Shown here in pieces: positions 1 through 9,255 of a stretch of DNA of 64,000 bases. Numbering within the stretch: position 1 is the first letter of the stretch; every line of letters starts with the position of its first letter. The position numbers were made by a program, and so were the translations under genes. Under the pieces are notes generated by a model. That model saw nothing but the letters and a program-made list of their open reading frames with translations, did no database searches and had not been told where the DNA came from. Location of the stretch: positions 45,673 through 109,672 of the forward strand of contig JAFQSS010000021.1 in the NCBI GenBank assembly GCA_017409455.1, written 5' to 3'. Source of the DNA: Clostridia bacterium (lineage in GTDB: Bacteria > Bacillota > Clostridia > TANB77 > CAG-508).

Positions 1-315
1 TGGATTATTCATAGACTCAAACCATGGTGAAGTAGCAATTGTTACAAATTTTATTGAATAAATGTCACAATAAACTAAATTGTTACTTTCTACAGAACGT
101 AATAAAATATAACTTGCTCCAACATCTTCTAAAATTCCTATTCTATCTGTAAGATTATTAGTTCCTATTAAAAATTCGACTCTCATAAGTTTTCCTATTT
201 GTTCTCTTAGAAATGCTGGTGTATAAATATTATTTGTTAATATCTCTGGAGAATTTGGATTAATTTGAACATTTCTATCCTCTCTTTTGTCTTGCTTTTC
301 TTCTACATTTGCCAT
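1..315 (-). CDS. gerQ: GerQ/YwdL-like spore coat protein. N-terminal 105 aa only, the C-terminus runs off the left window edge
   Basis: Minus-strand ORF with ATG at 315-313 (MANVEEKQDKREDRNVQINPNSPEIL...KLMRVEFLIGTNNLTDRIGILEDVGASYILLRS...) is absent from the ORF track because it has no in-window stop. The C-terminal motif resembles the GerQ family. It lies immediately downstream of the cwlJ-like gene, as in the B. subtilis cwlJ-gerQ operon. Confidence 0.5.
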   Translation of the reverse strand, partial: MANVEEKQDKREDRNVQINPNSPEILTNNIYTPAFLREQIGKLMRVEFLIGTNNLTDRIGILEDVGASYILLRSVESNNLVYCDIYSIKFVTIATSPWFESMNNP

Positions 316-336
316 TAGGCTATCACTTTCCTTTCT

Positions 337-783
337 TTAGGTTTGTGCATATAAAGATGTAGGTCTATAAAAGCAATGTTCTCCAAGTCTAGTGTGTAGA
401 GTTCCTGAACCATTTGATGGGAATGTTGAACCACAAGTTGGTCTAAATGGATTTAAATACCATAAACATTCTCCAATTTCATTTAACCTGTTTCCTGCAA
501 TCGCCCAGTCCGCTATTTGATAATGTACATCTGTTGGGGTCATATTATAGATGTTTTGCGGATTATATCGCCCTCTTATTGTTTCTCTTGCACAGTCAAA
601 TTGACCTTCTTGGAATATAATGTTTCTTATACTTCCTCCTTGTGATACTCTTGCGTATTCACCGTTTGGTACATTTACTCTGTTCATTGTTACTGATGCA
701 ACTGCTCTCATTCCATTATCTCCTTCGCCACCTGCCTCACATTGGATTATTCTTGCTAATAGTTCCATTTCTGAATATGCCAC
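337..783 (-). CDS. cwlJ: Spore cortex-lytic cell wall hydrolase (CwlJ/SleB Hydrolase_2 family)
   Basis: ORF 337..792 with motifs LARIIQCEAGGEG and MRAVASVTMNRV typical of CwlJ/SleB. The size (about 148 aa) fits CwlJ. The likely start is GTG at 783, preceded by AGAGGTGA. Confidence 0.75.
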   Translation of the reverse strand: MAYSEMELLARIIQCEAGGEGDNGMRAVASVTMNRVNVPNGEYARVSQGGSIRNIIFQEGQFDCARETIRGRYNPQNIYNMTPTDVHYQIADWAIAGNRLNEIGECLWYLNPFRPTCGSTFPSNGSGTLHTRLGEHCFYRPTSLYAQT

Positions 784-899
784 TTTTTTCACCTCTATTT
801 TTATTGTATGTTTGGTAGAAAAAAGTGTGCATAAATAATTAGAAAACGGAGACTCTTATTCAAGAATCTCCGTCTTTAATGCTGTTGTTATTTTGGTTC

Positions 900-1565
900 T
901 TATACATCCATTATTAACCAGCCGACACTGCAAGTGCAGTATAAACTAGGGCATCTAACGGGATGCATTGAAGCCAATGGATGGACAGTACTGTCTCCAC
1001 AATAATAGCCACCTGCACTCAAGAATCCTTTGCCATTGTCTTTTCTAATAATCTTGTAGGTGTTGCCCAGATCATAAAAACTACTTACTTTTCTGCTTCC
1101 TGTAGGTTCAAAATCTTCTTGTGCATCTTCAGAATTGTGATAATGTCCCAATTCACGACTGTCGTCACAAACGGCTTTCCAAGCATCATTTACATCATAC
1201 CCTTGTTCATTCACAAGGTGCTTGATAATTACTCCAAGGAAAGCGCAATAGTGCCTTTCAAAACCAATTCTTGAATTTTTTTCAGCCATAAACATTTTCG
1301 CAATCTTATCCCATTGCTTAGCAGAATAATTGTCTACAGGTTGGTTGCCAAATTCAAAAACGATGTTTCCGTCTTCATCTTTAGATGGATCCATTATAGG
1401 TCGCCGAAAATCAGACATTCCAGGGTTTATGATTTTTACAAGAGATGCAAAAACTTTTTTCTGATTATCTGTGTTAGGCTTATGTTTCATGAATTTGTCA
1501 TCCAGCGAAAGTTTGCTTGCCCATACGATAGGGAATATTTTGTCGAACTCGTTGACATTTTCCAA
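900..1565 (-). CDS. Hypothetical protein with a Cys-rich C-terminus
   Basis: 221-aa ORF with a TTG start and an AAGGGGG RBS about 10 nt upstream. No family recognised. Confidence 0.5.
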   Translation of the reverse strand: MENVNEFDKIFPIVWASKLSLDDKFMKHKPNTDNQKKVFASLVKIINPGMSDFRRPIMDPSKDEDGNIVFEFGNQPVDNYSAKQWDKIAKMFMAEKNSRIGFERHYCAFLGVIIKHLVNEQGYDVNDAWKAVCDDSRELGHYHNSEDAQEDFEPTGSRKVSSFYDLGNTYKIIRKDNGKGFLSAGGYYCGDSTVHPLASMHPVRCPSLYCTCSVGWLIMDV

Positions 1566-1669
1566 GATGTCTTTACCCCCTTAAGTTTTATACAGCATTA
1601 GATATCTAAAATTTATCTAACTTTGCTATTATAACATTATTCACTATATTTTGCAAGTAGCTGGATTCT

Positions 1670-2329
1670 TTATTTATCATTAGTTACATCTCCACTTCCA
1701 TTAACAGGAATTGTTTCACCCAAATAAGTTGGTTCAGGTTTAAAAATACATTTTATAAAATCTTTATCTCTAGCAACAATTTCTCTTAATTCTCTATAAG
1801 CTTGACCTACATATTGCCTTGGATCAGCTCCAACCCCATATGCTTCGATGCCTAATTGATTTGCAATATACAATGCCCTATATAAATGATATTTTTGAGT
1901 AACTATAACTATTTTTTTAGCTTTAAAAATTTCTTTTGCTCTATAAATACTTTCATATGTTGAGAATCCTGCATGATCCATAAATATATTTTCTGAAGGA
2001 ACACCTTTTTCTATTGCAAAATCTTTCATTATATTTACTTCGTCATATTCTTCTCTTCCATGATCTCCACTCATAATTATTTTAGTAGAAACATTTTCTT
2101 CGTATAATGAAATTGCTTGTAATAGCCTGTCTTCTAACATATGGCTTGGTCTATTTCCCCATATTCCTGCTCCTAAAACTAGAATACAATCTATATCTTC
2201 TAACTTACTAGCTTCTTCTTCAGTCAAAATTTGCTTTTTAGTTGATGATTTTACAAGATGATTTATAACAAATACTATTGCTATTAAAGCCATAAAAACT
2301 ATTAACAATATTTTTATCATTTTTTTCAC
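1670..2329 (-). CDS. SanA/YdcF (DUF218) family membrane-anchored protein
   Basis: N-terminal TM helix followed by ...ILVLGAGIWGNRPS... and ...KIVIVTQKYHLYRALYIA..., typical of DUF218/ElyC/SanA. GTG start with an AGGTGGG RBS. Confidence 0.7.
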   Translation of the reverse strand: MKKMIKILLIVFMALIAIVFVINHLVKSSTKKQILTEEEASKLEDIDCILVLGAGIWGNRPSHMLEDRLLQAISLYEENVSTKIIMSGDHGREEYDEVNIMKDFAIEKGVPSENIFMDHAGFSTYESIYRAKEIFKAKKIVIVTQKYHLYRALYIANQLGIEAYGVGADPRQYVGQAYRELREIVARDKDFIKCIFKPEPTYLGETIPVNGSGDVTNDK

Positions 2330-2331
2330 AC

Positions 2332-3000
2332 TTATCCCACCTTTATCTTGGCAATTAAAGCTTTAATTTTTATTCCTTGCTCACTAAACATTTTCTCGTG
2401 TTCTGTTTCAATATTATTATCCCATATTGGCTCTGCATGTAAATCATATGTTTTAGCTATTATTTCAAAACCAGATTCTTCAAAATATCCTAAACTTCCT
2501 TGGAATAATTCATCATCATCTGTTTTGAAATAAATTTCTCCTCCATTAGCTAAAAATGTTTTATATTTTTCCAATTGTCTTGTATGTGTTAATCTCTTTT
2601 TTCTATGTTGTCCTTTTGGCCATGGGTTACAGAAATTTATGTATATTCTTTTTATATTGTCTTGTTGTCCTAAAATTAGCATTATTCTTTCTATATCAAA
2701 TCTAGTTAAAAGTACATTATCTGGTTCTTTGTTTTGTTCTTGATATGTTTCTTCGATTTTTCTTTTTGCTAGTCCTAACATAGCATCAACTAAATCTATT
2801 GCTATATAGTTAATTGATGGATTTTGAACTGCTAATTGTGATATAAAATTTCCTTTTCCACATCCTAATTCAAGATGAATAGGATTTTCTTTATTTTTAA
2901 ATTCTTGTGTCCATTTATCTTTTAATTCTTCTGGATTATCTCTATAAAATTTGCTTGCTTCTAATTCAGGTCTCGCCCAAGGTTTAAATCTAATTCTCAT
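2332..3000 (-). CDS. trmB: tRNA (guanine46-N7)-methyltransferase
   Basis: 222 aa with [13 protein letters not shown]...[15 protein letters not shown]...INYIAIDL, matching TrmB. GGAG RBS. Confidence 0.9.
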   Translation of the reverse strand: MRIRFKPWARPELEASKFYRDNPEELKDKWTQEFKNKENPIHLELGCGKGNFISQLAVQNPSINYIAIDLVDAMLGLAKRKIEETYQEQNKEPDNVLLTRFDIERIMLILGQQDNIKRIYINFCNPWPKGQHRKKRLTHTRQLEKYKTFLANGGEIYFKTDDDELFQGSLGYFEESGFEIIAKTYDLHAEPIWDNNIETEHEKMFSEQGIKIKALIAKIKVG

Positions 3001-3553
3001 CTAAATTCTCCATTCTAATACAATATTTTTCATATAATTTTTTTATATTTTGTTTTGTTAAAGTTTTGTCTATCCCTTTTTTACTAACTTCAGTAAAAGC
3101 TGCTATCATAAATTTATCTACTTGTGGGTGAATAAGTGATTTTTCTCTTTCTTTTAAATAATAACTAATTTGCCAATCTTGTGTCCATTTGTCTCCTAAA
3201 TACACCATTCCAGCTGCCATTTTATCACATATCATTTCAGCAGCATATTTATATGGCATTATTACTGTTTTTTCAGGTAATGAGTAGTCAATCCAATATT
3301 CTGGATGATGTTTATTTCTTCCTTTATGGTGTAACCAAGAATTTGAATATCCTTTATCCGCCTTACAAATTGTAATTGGACTATGTTGTCCGTTATAATA
3401 TTTTATGCTTTCAAAAAATTCTGTTGGTGAAAATTTAGACCAATCATGCCATAGTCCTCTCCATGGCATTCCTATTTTGCAACATAATTTAAATACTACC
3501 CATTTGTGTTTTAGCACTAATTTTGTGTGTTTAAATATATTTATTAATTTCAT
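2990..3553 (-). CDS. Hypothetical protein, first gene of the trmB operon
   Basis: 187-aa ORF with a TAGGAGGA RBS that overlaps the trmB start. Motifs [14 protein letters not shown] and [13 protein letters not shown]. No function assigned. Confidence 0.6.
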   Translation of the reverse strand: MKLINIFKHTKLVLKHKWVVFKLCCKIGMPWRGLWHDWSKFSPTEFFESIKYYNGQHSPITICKADKGYSNSWLHHKGRNKHHPEYWIDYSLPEKTVIMPYKYAAEMICDKMAAGMVYLGDKWTQDWQISYYLKEREKSLIHPQVDKFMIAAFTEVSKKGIDKTLTKQNIKKLYEKYCIRMENLDEN

Positions 3554-3634
3554 TTATTCCTCCTAGAACTTGACTATTCGACAATAAAATTGTATAATTT
3601 TTTCATTAAATTGTCAATGTTTAGAGGGAGTTTT

Positions 3635-4519
3635 ATGACTTTAGAATATATTGTGAAAGATAATAAATATCAAAGTATTAATCAAATTTTAAAACAAGAA
3701 TTTCATATTTCTACAAGATTACAGAATAAGCTAATTAAGAATTCACATGTTTTCCAAAATGATATTTCTGTAGATACTAGAAATAATGTGAATATTAATG
3801 ATGTAATTAAGGTAAATTTAGATTTTGAAGAAGAAAGTGAAAATATTGTTTCAACTCAAATAAATCTTGATATCGTTTTTGAAGATAATTGTTTATTAAT
3901 TTTAAATAAACCTGCAGGAATTGCTGTTCATCCGTCAATTTTACATTATGAAGATAGCCTTTCTAATGGCGTTAAGTTTTATTTTGAAAGTATTGGTTTG
4001 AAGCGAAAAATTCGTCCAGTTAACAGACTTGATTTAAATACTTCTGGATTAATTATTTTTGCAAAAAATGAATATGTACAAGAAAGTTTAATTCAACAAA
4101 TGCAGTCAGGAACTTTTAAAAAGGAATATATAGCAATTATTTCTGGACATTTGGATGAACCTTTTGGCACAATTAATTTGCCTATTGCACGTAAAGAAAA
4201 CAGTATTATCGAAAGATGTATTTCGCCTGATGGCCAAGAGGCTATTACTGATTATGTTGTTTTAAAAGAATATGATAATATATCTGTTGTTAAATGTTCT
4301 CTTAAAACTGGTCGTACACATCAAATTCGTGTTCATATGGCCGCAATTGGGCATCCACTGTTAGGAGATACCTTATATGGTAGTTCTTGTAATTTAATCG
4401 ATAGACAAGCCCTTCATAGTTGCAAAATTTGTTTTGTTCATCCTATTTCTCGCAAAAATTTGGAGTTTGTTTGTGATTTACCAGATGATATGAAAAACGT
4501 AAAAAGGGACCGGGTCTAA
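3635..4519 (+). CDS. RluA-family pseudouridine synthase with an S4-like N-terminal domain (RluD/RluC-like)
   Basis: ORF 3590..4519. ATG at 3635 is preceded by GAGGGAG. Motifs HPSILHYEDSLSNG...RPVNRLDLNTSGLIIFAK and ...TGRTHQIRVHMAAIGHPLLGD. Confidence 0.85.
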   Translation: MTLEYIVKDNKYQSINQILKQEFHISTRLQNKLIKNSHVFQNDISVDTRNNVNINDVIKVNLDFEEESENIVSTQINLDIVFEDNCLLILNKPAGIAVHPSILHYEDSLSNGVKFYFESIGLKRKIRPVNRLDLNTSGLIIFAKNEYVQESLIQQMQSGTFKKEYIAIISGHLDEPFGTINLPIARKENSIIERCISPDGQEAITDYVVLKEYDNISVVKCSLKTGRTHQIRVHMAAIGHPLLGDTLYGSSCNLIDRQALHSCKICFVHPISRKNLEFVCDLPDDMKNVKRDRV

Positions 4520-4550
4520 ATTTACGTAAAAAGAGACCTGGTCCCTTTTT
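4506..4550. terminator. Bidirectional intrinsic terminator (rluA-family gene on plus, rnpB on minus)
   Basis: GGGACCGGGTC ... GACCTGGTCCC stem at 4506-4516/4535-4545 with TTTTT on the plus side and an A-run (U-run on minus) on the other side. Confidence 0.7.
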
Positions 4551-4565
4551 ACGCAAAAGGGGACT

Positions 4566-4920
4566 AGGTCTCTGTTAGTAAATCTGTAAGCCGGGTTCTG
4601 TCATTTAAAATAGTCATTTATCTAGGACATATATCACTATATGCCTCAAGCCACGCAATTTAGAAGCGCCGAGCAGGCGTATTCTTCTATTTAGGTGTTG
4701 CTCCAGATGGGGTTTACACTGACCCAGTATGTCACCATACCAGCGGTGAGCTCTTACCTCGCCTTTTCATCCTTACCTCATAAGAGGCGGTTATTTTCTG
4801 TTGCACTTTCCTTAAGGTTTCCCTCACTAGACGTTATCTAGCATCTTTGCTCTTTGGAGCCCGGACTTTCCTCTCGTAGTTCCTTTCGAAATTTACCAGC
4901 GACTATTCAATTTACTAAAT
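4566..4920 (-). ncRNA. rnpB: RNase P RNA (type B, Firmicutes)
   Basis: The reverse complement contains the universally conserved P4 sequence AGGAAAGTCCGGGCTCCAAAG (plus 4848-4872 as CTTTGGAGCCCGGACTTTCCTC). The P1 pairing aatttactaaa/ttagtaaatct brackets a roughly 355-nt GC-enriched non-coding block. Confidence 0.85.
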
Positions 4921-4963
4921 TTTATTATAACATTTTTTTGTATACTTGTAAAGCACATTTTTA

Positions 4964-5776
4964 CTACATTTCTTGAATTGGTCCTTCATTAAATGGTTCT
5001 TCTTTAACTTGGTCCTCTTCATTGTTCTTAGGTTGTGCTAATCTTTCATAGAAACATATTTCTGCAATTACCATATATGGAAATAACCATAAATAGCCTA
5101 TTCCAAATGTGAATATACCTAAAATTGCCCATCCAACAAATGATAATTCTAACAGAATGATTTTCCATCTGTTTCCTTTCATCAGCTTAACACTTTCATT
5201 AACTACTTCTAATGCTGTTTTTTCTTTGTTATCATATGCGATATAAGTTGTTAATGAATATAGTAATAATACAGATACCATATAAATAATTGCTGCAATA
5301 TATAGTACAAAATATATTACTATTGAAATTTGAACCGCGAATTCTACTTCTGTTAATGTTAAAGATAAGTCTCCAGCAATTACTCCTCCAAAAACATAAA
5401 TATTTGTTAAAACATATATTAGACAAACTACTACTAATACAATTATTGGTAATATCATCTTTAAAAGAGTCCTTCCAGCAATTTTCCAAGCTTTTGAAAA
5501 ATTATCAACAGCTAAGTCAATAAACCCAAAAGCTTTGATATCTTCATTTCTTTTTAATTTTAAAAATGCTAATGCAAAGCCAAAACTTAATGGTACTGTT
5601 ATTATAAGCTCTACTATTGATAATATTGTTCCAACTACTGACTCTTCACCAAAAAGTCCTGTTATAAATCCTATAGAAAATGCTATTACAAGATAAGCTA
5701 AAACTATGCATACTCCTTTACCCCATTTTCCTGTTAACGCTCCTCTTGCTTCTTTCCTTATTTCAGATAGTTTCAT
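4964..5776 (-). CDS. DUF975-family integral membrane protein
   Basis: 270 aa with multiple TM segments. The N-terminus MKLSEIRKEARGALTGKWGKG is typical of DUF975. AGGGGGAAAA RBS. Confidence 0.65.
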   Translation of the reverse strand: MKLSEIRKEARGALTGKWGKGVCIVLAYLVIAFSIGFITGLFGEESVVGTILSIVELIITVPLSFGFALAFLKLKRNEDIKAFGFIDLAVDNFSKAWKIAGRTLLKMILPIIVLVVVCLIYVLTNIYVFGGVIAGDLSLTLTEVEFAVQISIVIYFVLYIAAIIYMVSVLLLYSLTTYIAYDNKEKTALEVVNESVKLMKGNRWKIILLELSFVGWAILGIFTFGIGYLWLFPYMVIAEICFYERLAQPKNNEEDQVKEEPFNEGPIQEM

Positions 5777-5874
5777 TTTATTTTCCCCCTTCGTCTGTAA
5801 TAATTATATTCTATCATAATGAAAAATAAAATCAATATTTTTTGTTCAAAAATGTTTTCTATACCAATTACACT

Positions 5875-5903
5875 TTGACAAATTATGTAAATTGTAGTAT
5901 AAT
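5875..5903 (+). promoter_or_regulatory. Consensus sigma-A promoter (TTGACA-17-TATAAT) for small protein gene P1
   Basis: TTGACA at 5875-5880 and TATAAT at 5898-5903. 30 of 32 nt are identical to the promoter at 8784-8812. Confidence 0.7.
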
Positions 5904-5974
5904 GTTTGTATGCAGTTATTTGCATGTAAAACGCGATTTCATCGTACATTAAAAACTAAAAGGAGTCAAAAATC

Positions 5975-6328
5975 ATGTCAAAAATCATCATTGAGGCCAA
6001 TACCTCCTACCTTGCTCAGGATGCAGTTGTTTTCTTGTTGAAAGGTGGTTTTTCTGCCAAAACAGCTCGGATTTCCTACGCTGTACGTAAAGCATTGCCC
6101 CCAGTCGAACAGGTTGAGAACTATCCTCTGATTTTGGAAGGATTTATTGGAAATTCTCCTGTAAGCATTTATGTGTACTCTGTTACTGCCGGATATGGCG
6201 GAACAGGGCCTCATGCTATGGTGGATATCCTTAAGGCTGCTGGATTTACTTTTGATGAATCCGACATTCTCACTGATAGAATGAAAGTTGGTCCTTCTGA
6301 GCAAATCACTTTGACCTACGAGCGTTGA
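5975..6328 (+). CDS. Small GC-rich hypothetical protein P1, paralog of 8861..9220
   Basis: 117 aa with an AAAAGGAG RBS. GC content is much higher than the flanks. Shares the YPLILEG motif and overall colinearity with the 119-aa protein at 8861..9220. Confidence 0.7.
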   Translation: MSKIIIEANTSYLAQDAVVFLLKGGFSAKTARISYAVRKALPPVEQVENYPLILEGFIGNSPVSIYVYSVTAGYGGTGPHAMVDILKAAGFTFDESDILTDRMKVGPSEQITLTYER

Positions 6329-6361
6329 TATCGCAAAAGCCCCAGACTGAATTGTCTGGGG

Positions 6362-7166
6362 TTATTTTATTTTCCTTGCAACAACAGCTAATCTTCCATC
6401 TTCTTGGGAAAATTCACATGTAGAAAGTGTCATAAGTTGATCTCCATATGTTGCTGTTGCTTCTATATCATATAAACTTGCTTTTTTACTGTTTTCAACA
6501 TATTCATTAAATTCTTGCTCATTTTCAGCATTTATAAAATAATAATATCTAAATACATTTTTTTCTGATTTATAGTAAACTCTTGATAAAAATACTGATA
6601 TAATTTCATATTCAGCATCTTCTTGATTTGTAGTAAATCTTATAGTCGGATGTGTTTTATAATATTGTTCATTTTTGTAATCCATAAGACCGGCAAAACA
6701 TTTCGTTTGTCCCTCTATTATTATGTCCATGTATTAATAAATTTGTACTTGGCAAACTCCAGTCATAATCTTTATCTAAAAATAATGAGCCATTTTTTGA
6801 ATATTCTTTTTTATAATTGCGTTTTACATAGAATTCGTTGTCTTTTCCTTGTAAAACTGGATAACTTATATTGCTGTTTGGTATTTCTAGCCAGCCTATT
6901 ATGTCTGAATTTTCTTTTTGCAATTCCTCTAGCATTATCATTCTTTCAGTTTTAGTTTCTTCTTGTGGTTGAGTTTCTGTTTCGGTATTTTGCGCTTGAG
7001 AATTATCGTTTAAAATGCCTTGAAGTTCTTTATCATTTTTAATTGATTTATGATAATATAAGTTTACACCTATCATAATAATACTTATTACTAAAATTAT
7101 AGTTAATATTATAATTCTGGTTTTATTGTTTTTTTTCTTTTCTTTAAAGCGTTTTCCTTTTTCCAT
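6362..7166 (-). pseudogene. srtB: Class B sortase (SrtB), interrupted by a frameshift
   Basis: ORF 6669..7166 is the SrtB N-terminal part (TM anchor, IGWLEIPNSNISYPVLQGKDNEFYVKRNYKKEYSKNGSLFLDKDY...LLIHGHN). ORF 6362..6730 is the C-terminal part (...LSTCEFSQEDGRLAVVARKIK) in another frame. The two overlap at 6669-6730. Confidence 0.65.
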
Positions 7167-7229
7167 AAAATCACCTATAATGTTTAGAGCAGAAATACCA
7201 ATATTTCTGCTCCATTTATTTATCTATTT

Positions 7230-8666
7230 TTATTTGCTGTGTTTAGATACTTTTTTTGTTGTTGCTATACCAACTAATGCTATAGCTGCTAATGCAACCC
7301 AAACATATGATACATTTATTGCTCCCATTTTTGGAGTTTCGTCTTTTTGTTCTGGTTTTACTTCTGGTTTTGAATCAGTTGCTACTGATGCTTCTTCAAA
7401 TTCTGCTGTAACAATTACTCCCATATTTGGCATTACAAATTTATCATCTGTTACTGTAACTTTGCTATCAGCTGCTGTGATTACAGTTAAAGATTTTAGT
7501 TTATATCCATCTTTTGGTGTTACTGTTAATGCAACTGTTTGACCTTTTACAGCTTCTGATAAAGATGCTGTTACTTTACCATTTGCAGAATCTTCAATTT
7601 TAATTGAATGTTTTTCTCCGATAAGAGTTTCTCCATTTTCTCCTTTTACTGTTGTAACTGTTCCAGCTATATATTCTTCAGTTACTCCTTTGTTAAATGT
7701 TCCCCCTGTTATGAATTCTTCTTTATCTTTACTATAAACAGCGTTTGTTCCACCATTTATCGCTTCAAAATTTCCACCTTCAACTTTTAGAGATACTTTA
7801 GATGTATCTGCAGTTGTTTCTGTTGTTTCTTGATATAAAGCTGTATGACCTTTTATAGTTCCACCTGTTACAAGTATACTTGTATTTAATGCTGTTGTAT
7901 GTTGTACAAGAGCTATTCCTGCACCTTTAGATGCAGAACCATTACCATTAGATTCAGCGCTTGATGGTATTGCTGTACCTTCGATAGTTCCTCCATTTAC
8001 CACTAATTCACCTGCACGCATTTCAATTCCTGTAGTACCTTTAATAGTTCCTCCATTTACTGTTAATTTACCTGCTTGTGGATGGTAAATTGCTAAATCA
8101 TTGTCACTATGTATTACACTTGCTCCTTCATATATATTTATTACAGTTTTTCCAGATTCAGCATTACCATTTCCTTGTATTGTTGCTAATCCTTCTACTG
8201 TTGATGTTAGTTTTCCATATACATCAGCTTTTGCTCCATTTCCTTTGATATATATACAACATTCTCCAGAAGTTACTGTGACACCAGCGCCAATTACAAG
8301 TTCAGATTTTATTGATGTTGTTTCGTAAGTAGTTTTGTCATAATTTCCATATACATCAAAAACATCTTTAGTTCCATTAATTGTTCCTGTTCCTTCAACT
8401 TTTAAAGAACCTCCTTTAATTTCAAATAATGGATTAGGATCACCTTTAATGTTAACTCCATCAATGTTAATTGTAATGTCTTTATTTACTTGGATAGTTT
8501 TCAATATTACTATCTCTTCTCCATTTGCTTTTGCAGCTTCAAGTGCTTCTTCAAATGTTTCAAATGTTTCTGTTCCTACTTGTGCAACATCCTCTGCTGC
8601 AAATACCATAGTAGGTACTAGTAAAAGTATTACCAAAAATATAATACTTAAAATTGTTTTTTTCAT
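7230..8666 (-). CDS. Secreted, cell-surface anchored protein with parallel beta-helix-like repeats, a putative sortase substrate
   Basis: ORF 7230..8702. The likely start is at 8666 (AGAGAGG RBS), giving the signal peptide MKKTILSIIFLVILLLVPTMVFA. Repeated GGTIKG/GGTIEG/NGGT segments are present. The C-terminus has a hydrophobic helix plus a KKVSKHSK tail, like a sorting signal, but no canonical NPQTN/LPXTG motif. It is adjacent to srtB. Confidence 0.6.
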   Translation of the reverse strand: MKKTILSIIFLVILLLVPTMVFAAEDVAQVGTETFETFEEALEAAKANGEEIVILKTIQVNKDITINIDGVNIKGDPNPLFEIKGGSLKVEGTGTINGTKDVFDVYGNYDKTTYETTSIKSELVIGAGVTVTSGECCIYIKGNGAKADVYGKLTSTVEGLATIQGNGNAESGKTVINIYEGASVIHSDNDLAIYHPQAGKLTVNGGTIKGTTGIEMRAGELVVNGGTIEGTAIPSSAESNGNGSASKGAGIALVQHTTALNTSILVTGGTIKGHTALYQETTETTADTSKVSLKVEGGNFEAINGGTNAVYSKDKEEFITGGTFNKGVTEEYIAGTVTTVKGENGETLIGEKHSIKIEDSANGKVTASLSEAVKGQTVALTVTPKDGYKLKSLTVITAADSKVTVTDDKFVMPNMGVIVTAEFEEASVATDSKPEVKPEQKDETPKMGAINVSYVWVALAAIALVGIATTKKVSKHSK

Positions 8667-8783
8667 TTTCTTACCTCTCTTTCGTTTATTGTATTTATTC
8701 ATACAATATAACTATATACTATTAATATACATTTTGCAAGTATTTTTGAAAAATGTAATATAATTGTAATAATCGAAACATCT

Positions 8784-8812
8784 TTGACAAATTATGTTAA
8801 TTGTGTTATAAT
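8784..8812 (+). promoter_or_regulatory. Consensus sigma-A promoter for small protein gene P2
   Basis: TTGACA at 8784-8789, a 17-nt spacer and TATAAT at 8807-8812. Nearly identical to the promoter at 5875-5903. Confidence 0.7.
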
Positions 8813-8860
8813 ACTTAAAGCGTTTATTTATTAAAAATACTACCTAATTAGGAGGCTTTT

Positions 8861-9220
8861 ATGAAAGAAATTATTCTGAAAATGGATTCGCCCCAAGAAG
8901 CAGCACAAATGGTTTTGGTACTTTTCCAAAACGGATTTAAGCCCCGCAAAGCCATTATCAACTACAACATCCGAAAACCACCCACAATGAGAATCAAAAA
9001 ATTGGCTGATTACCCTCTGATTCTCGAAGGATCTCTTAATGGTCATGAAATGAGAGTTGCAGTAACCCCTTTAGCAATCGGTCGTTACTGTCCTGGTTCT
9101 GATGCCCTTAGAAGAATTTTAAAAACAGCACATTTTTATATTGAGGACATGGACCTTTTTACATTAAGGAAATTCAACCAAGAAACAGGTTGCGCCCACT
9201 TTACACTTACCCTAGGATAA
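8861..9220 (+). CDS. Small GC-rich hypothetical protein P2, paralog of 5975..6328
   Basis: 119 aa with a TTAGGAGG RBS, YPLILEG motif and GC-rich coding sequence. Confidence 0.7.
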   Translation: MKEIILKMDSPQEAAQMVLVLFQNGFKPRKAIINYNIRKPPTMRIKKLADYPLILEGSLNGHEMRVAVTPLAIGRYCPGSDALRRILKTAHFYIEDMDLFTLRKFNQETGCAHFTLTLG

Positions 9221-9255
9221 TTTCACCCCGAGTGTTTCTTACACTCGGGGCTTTT

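Noticed and set aside
8840-9046. 68-aa minus-strand ORF overlapping the P2 gene
   Set aside because: Antisense to a gene with a strong promoter and RBS. No RBS of its own.
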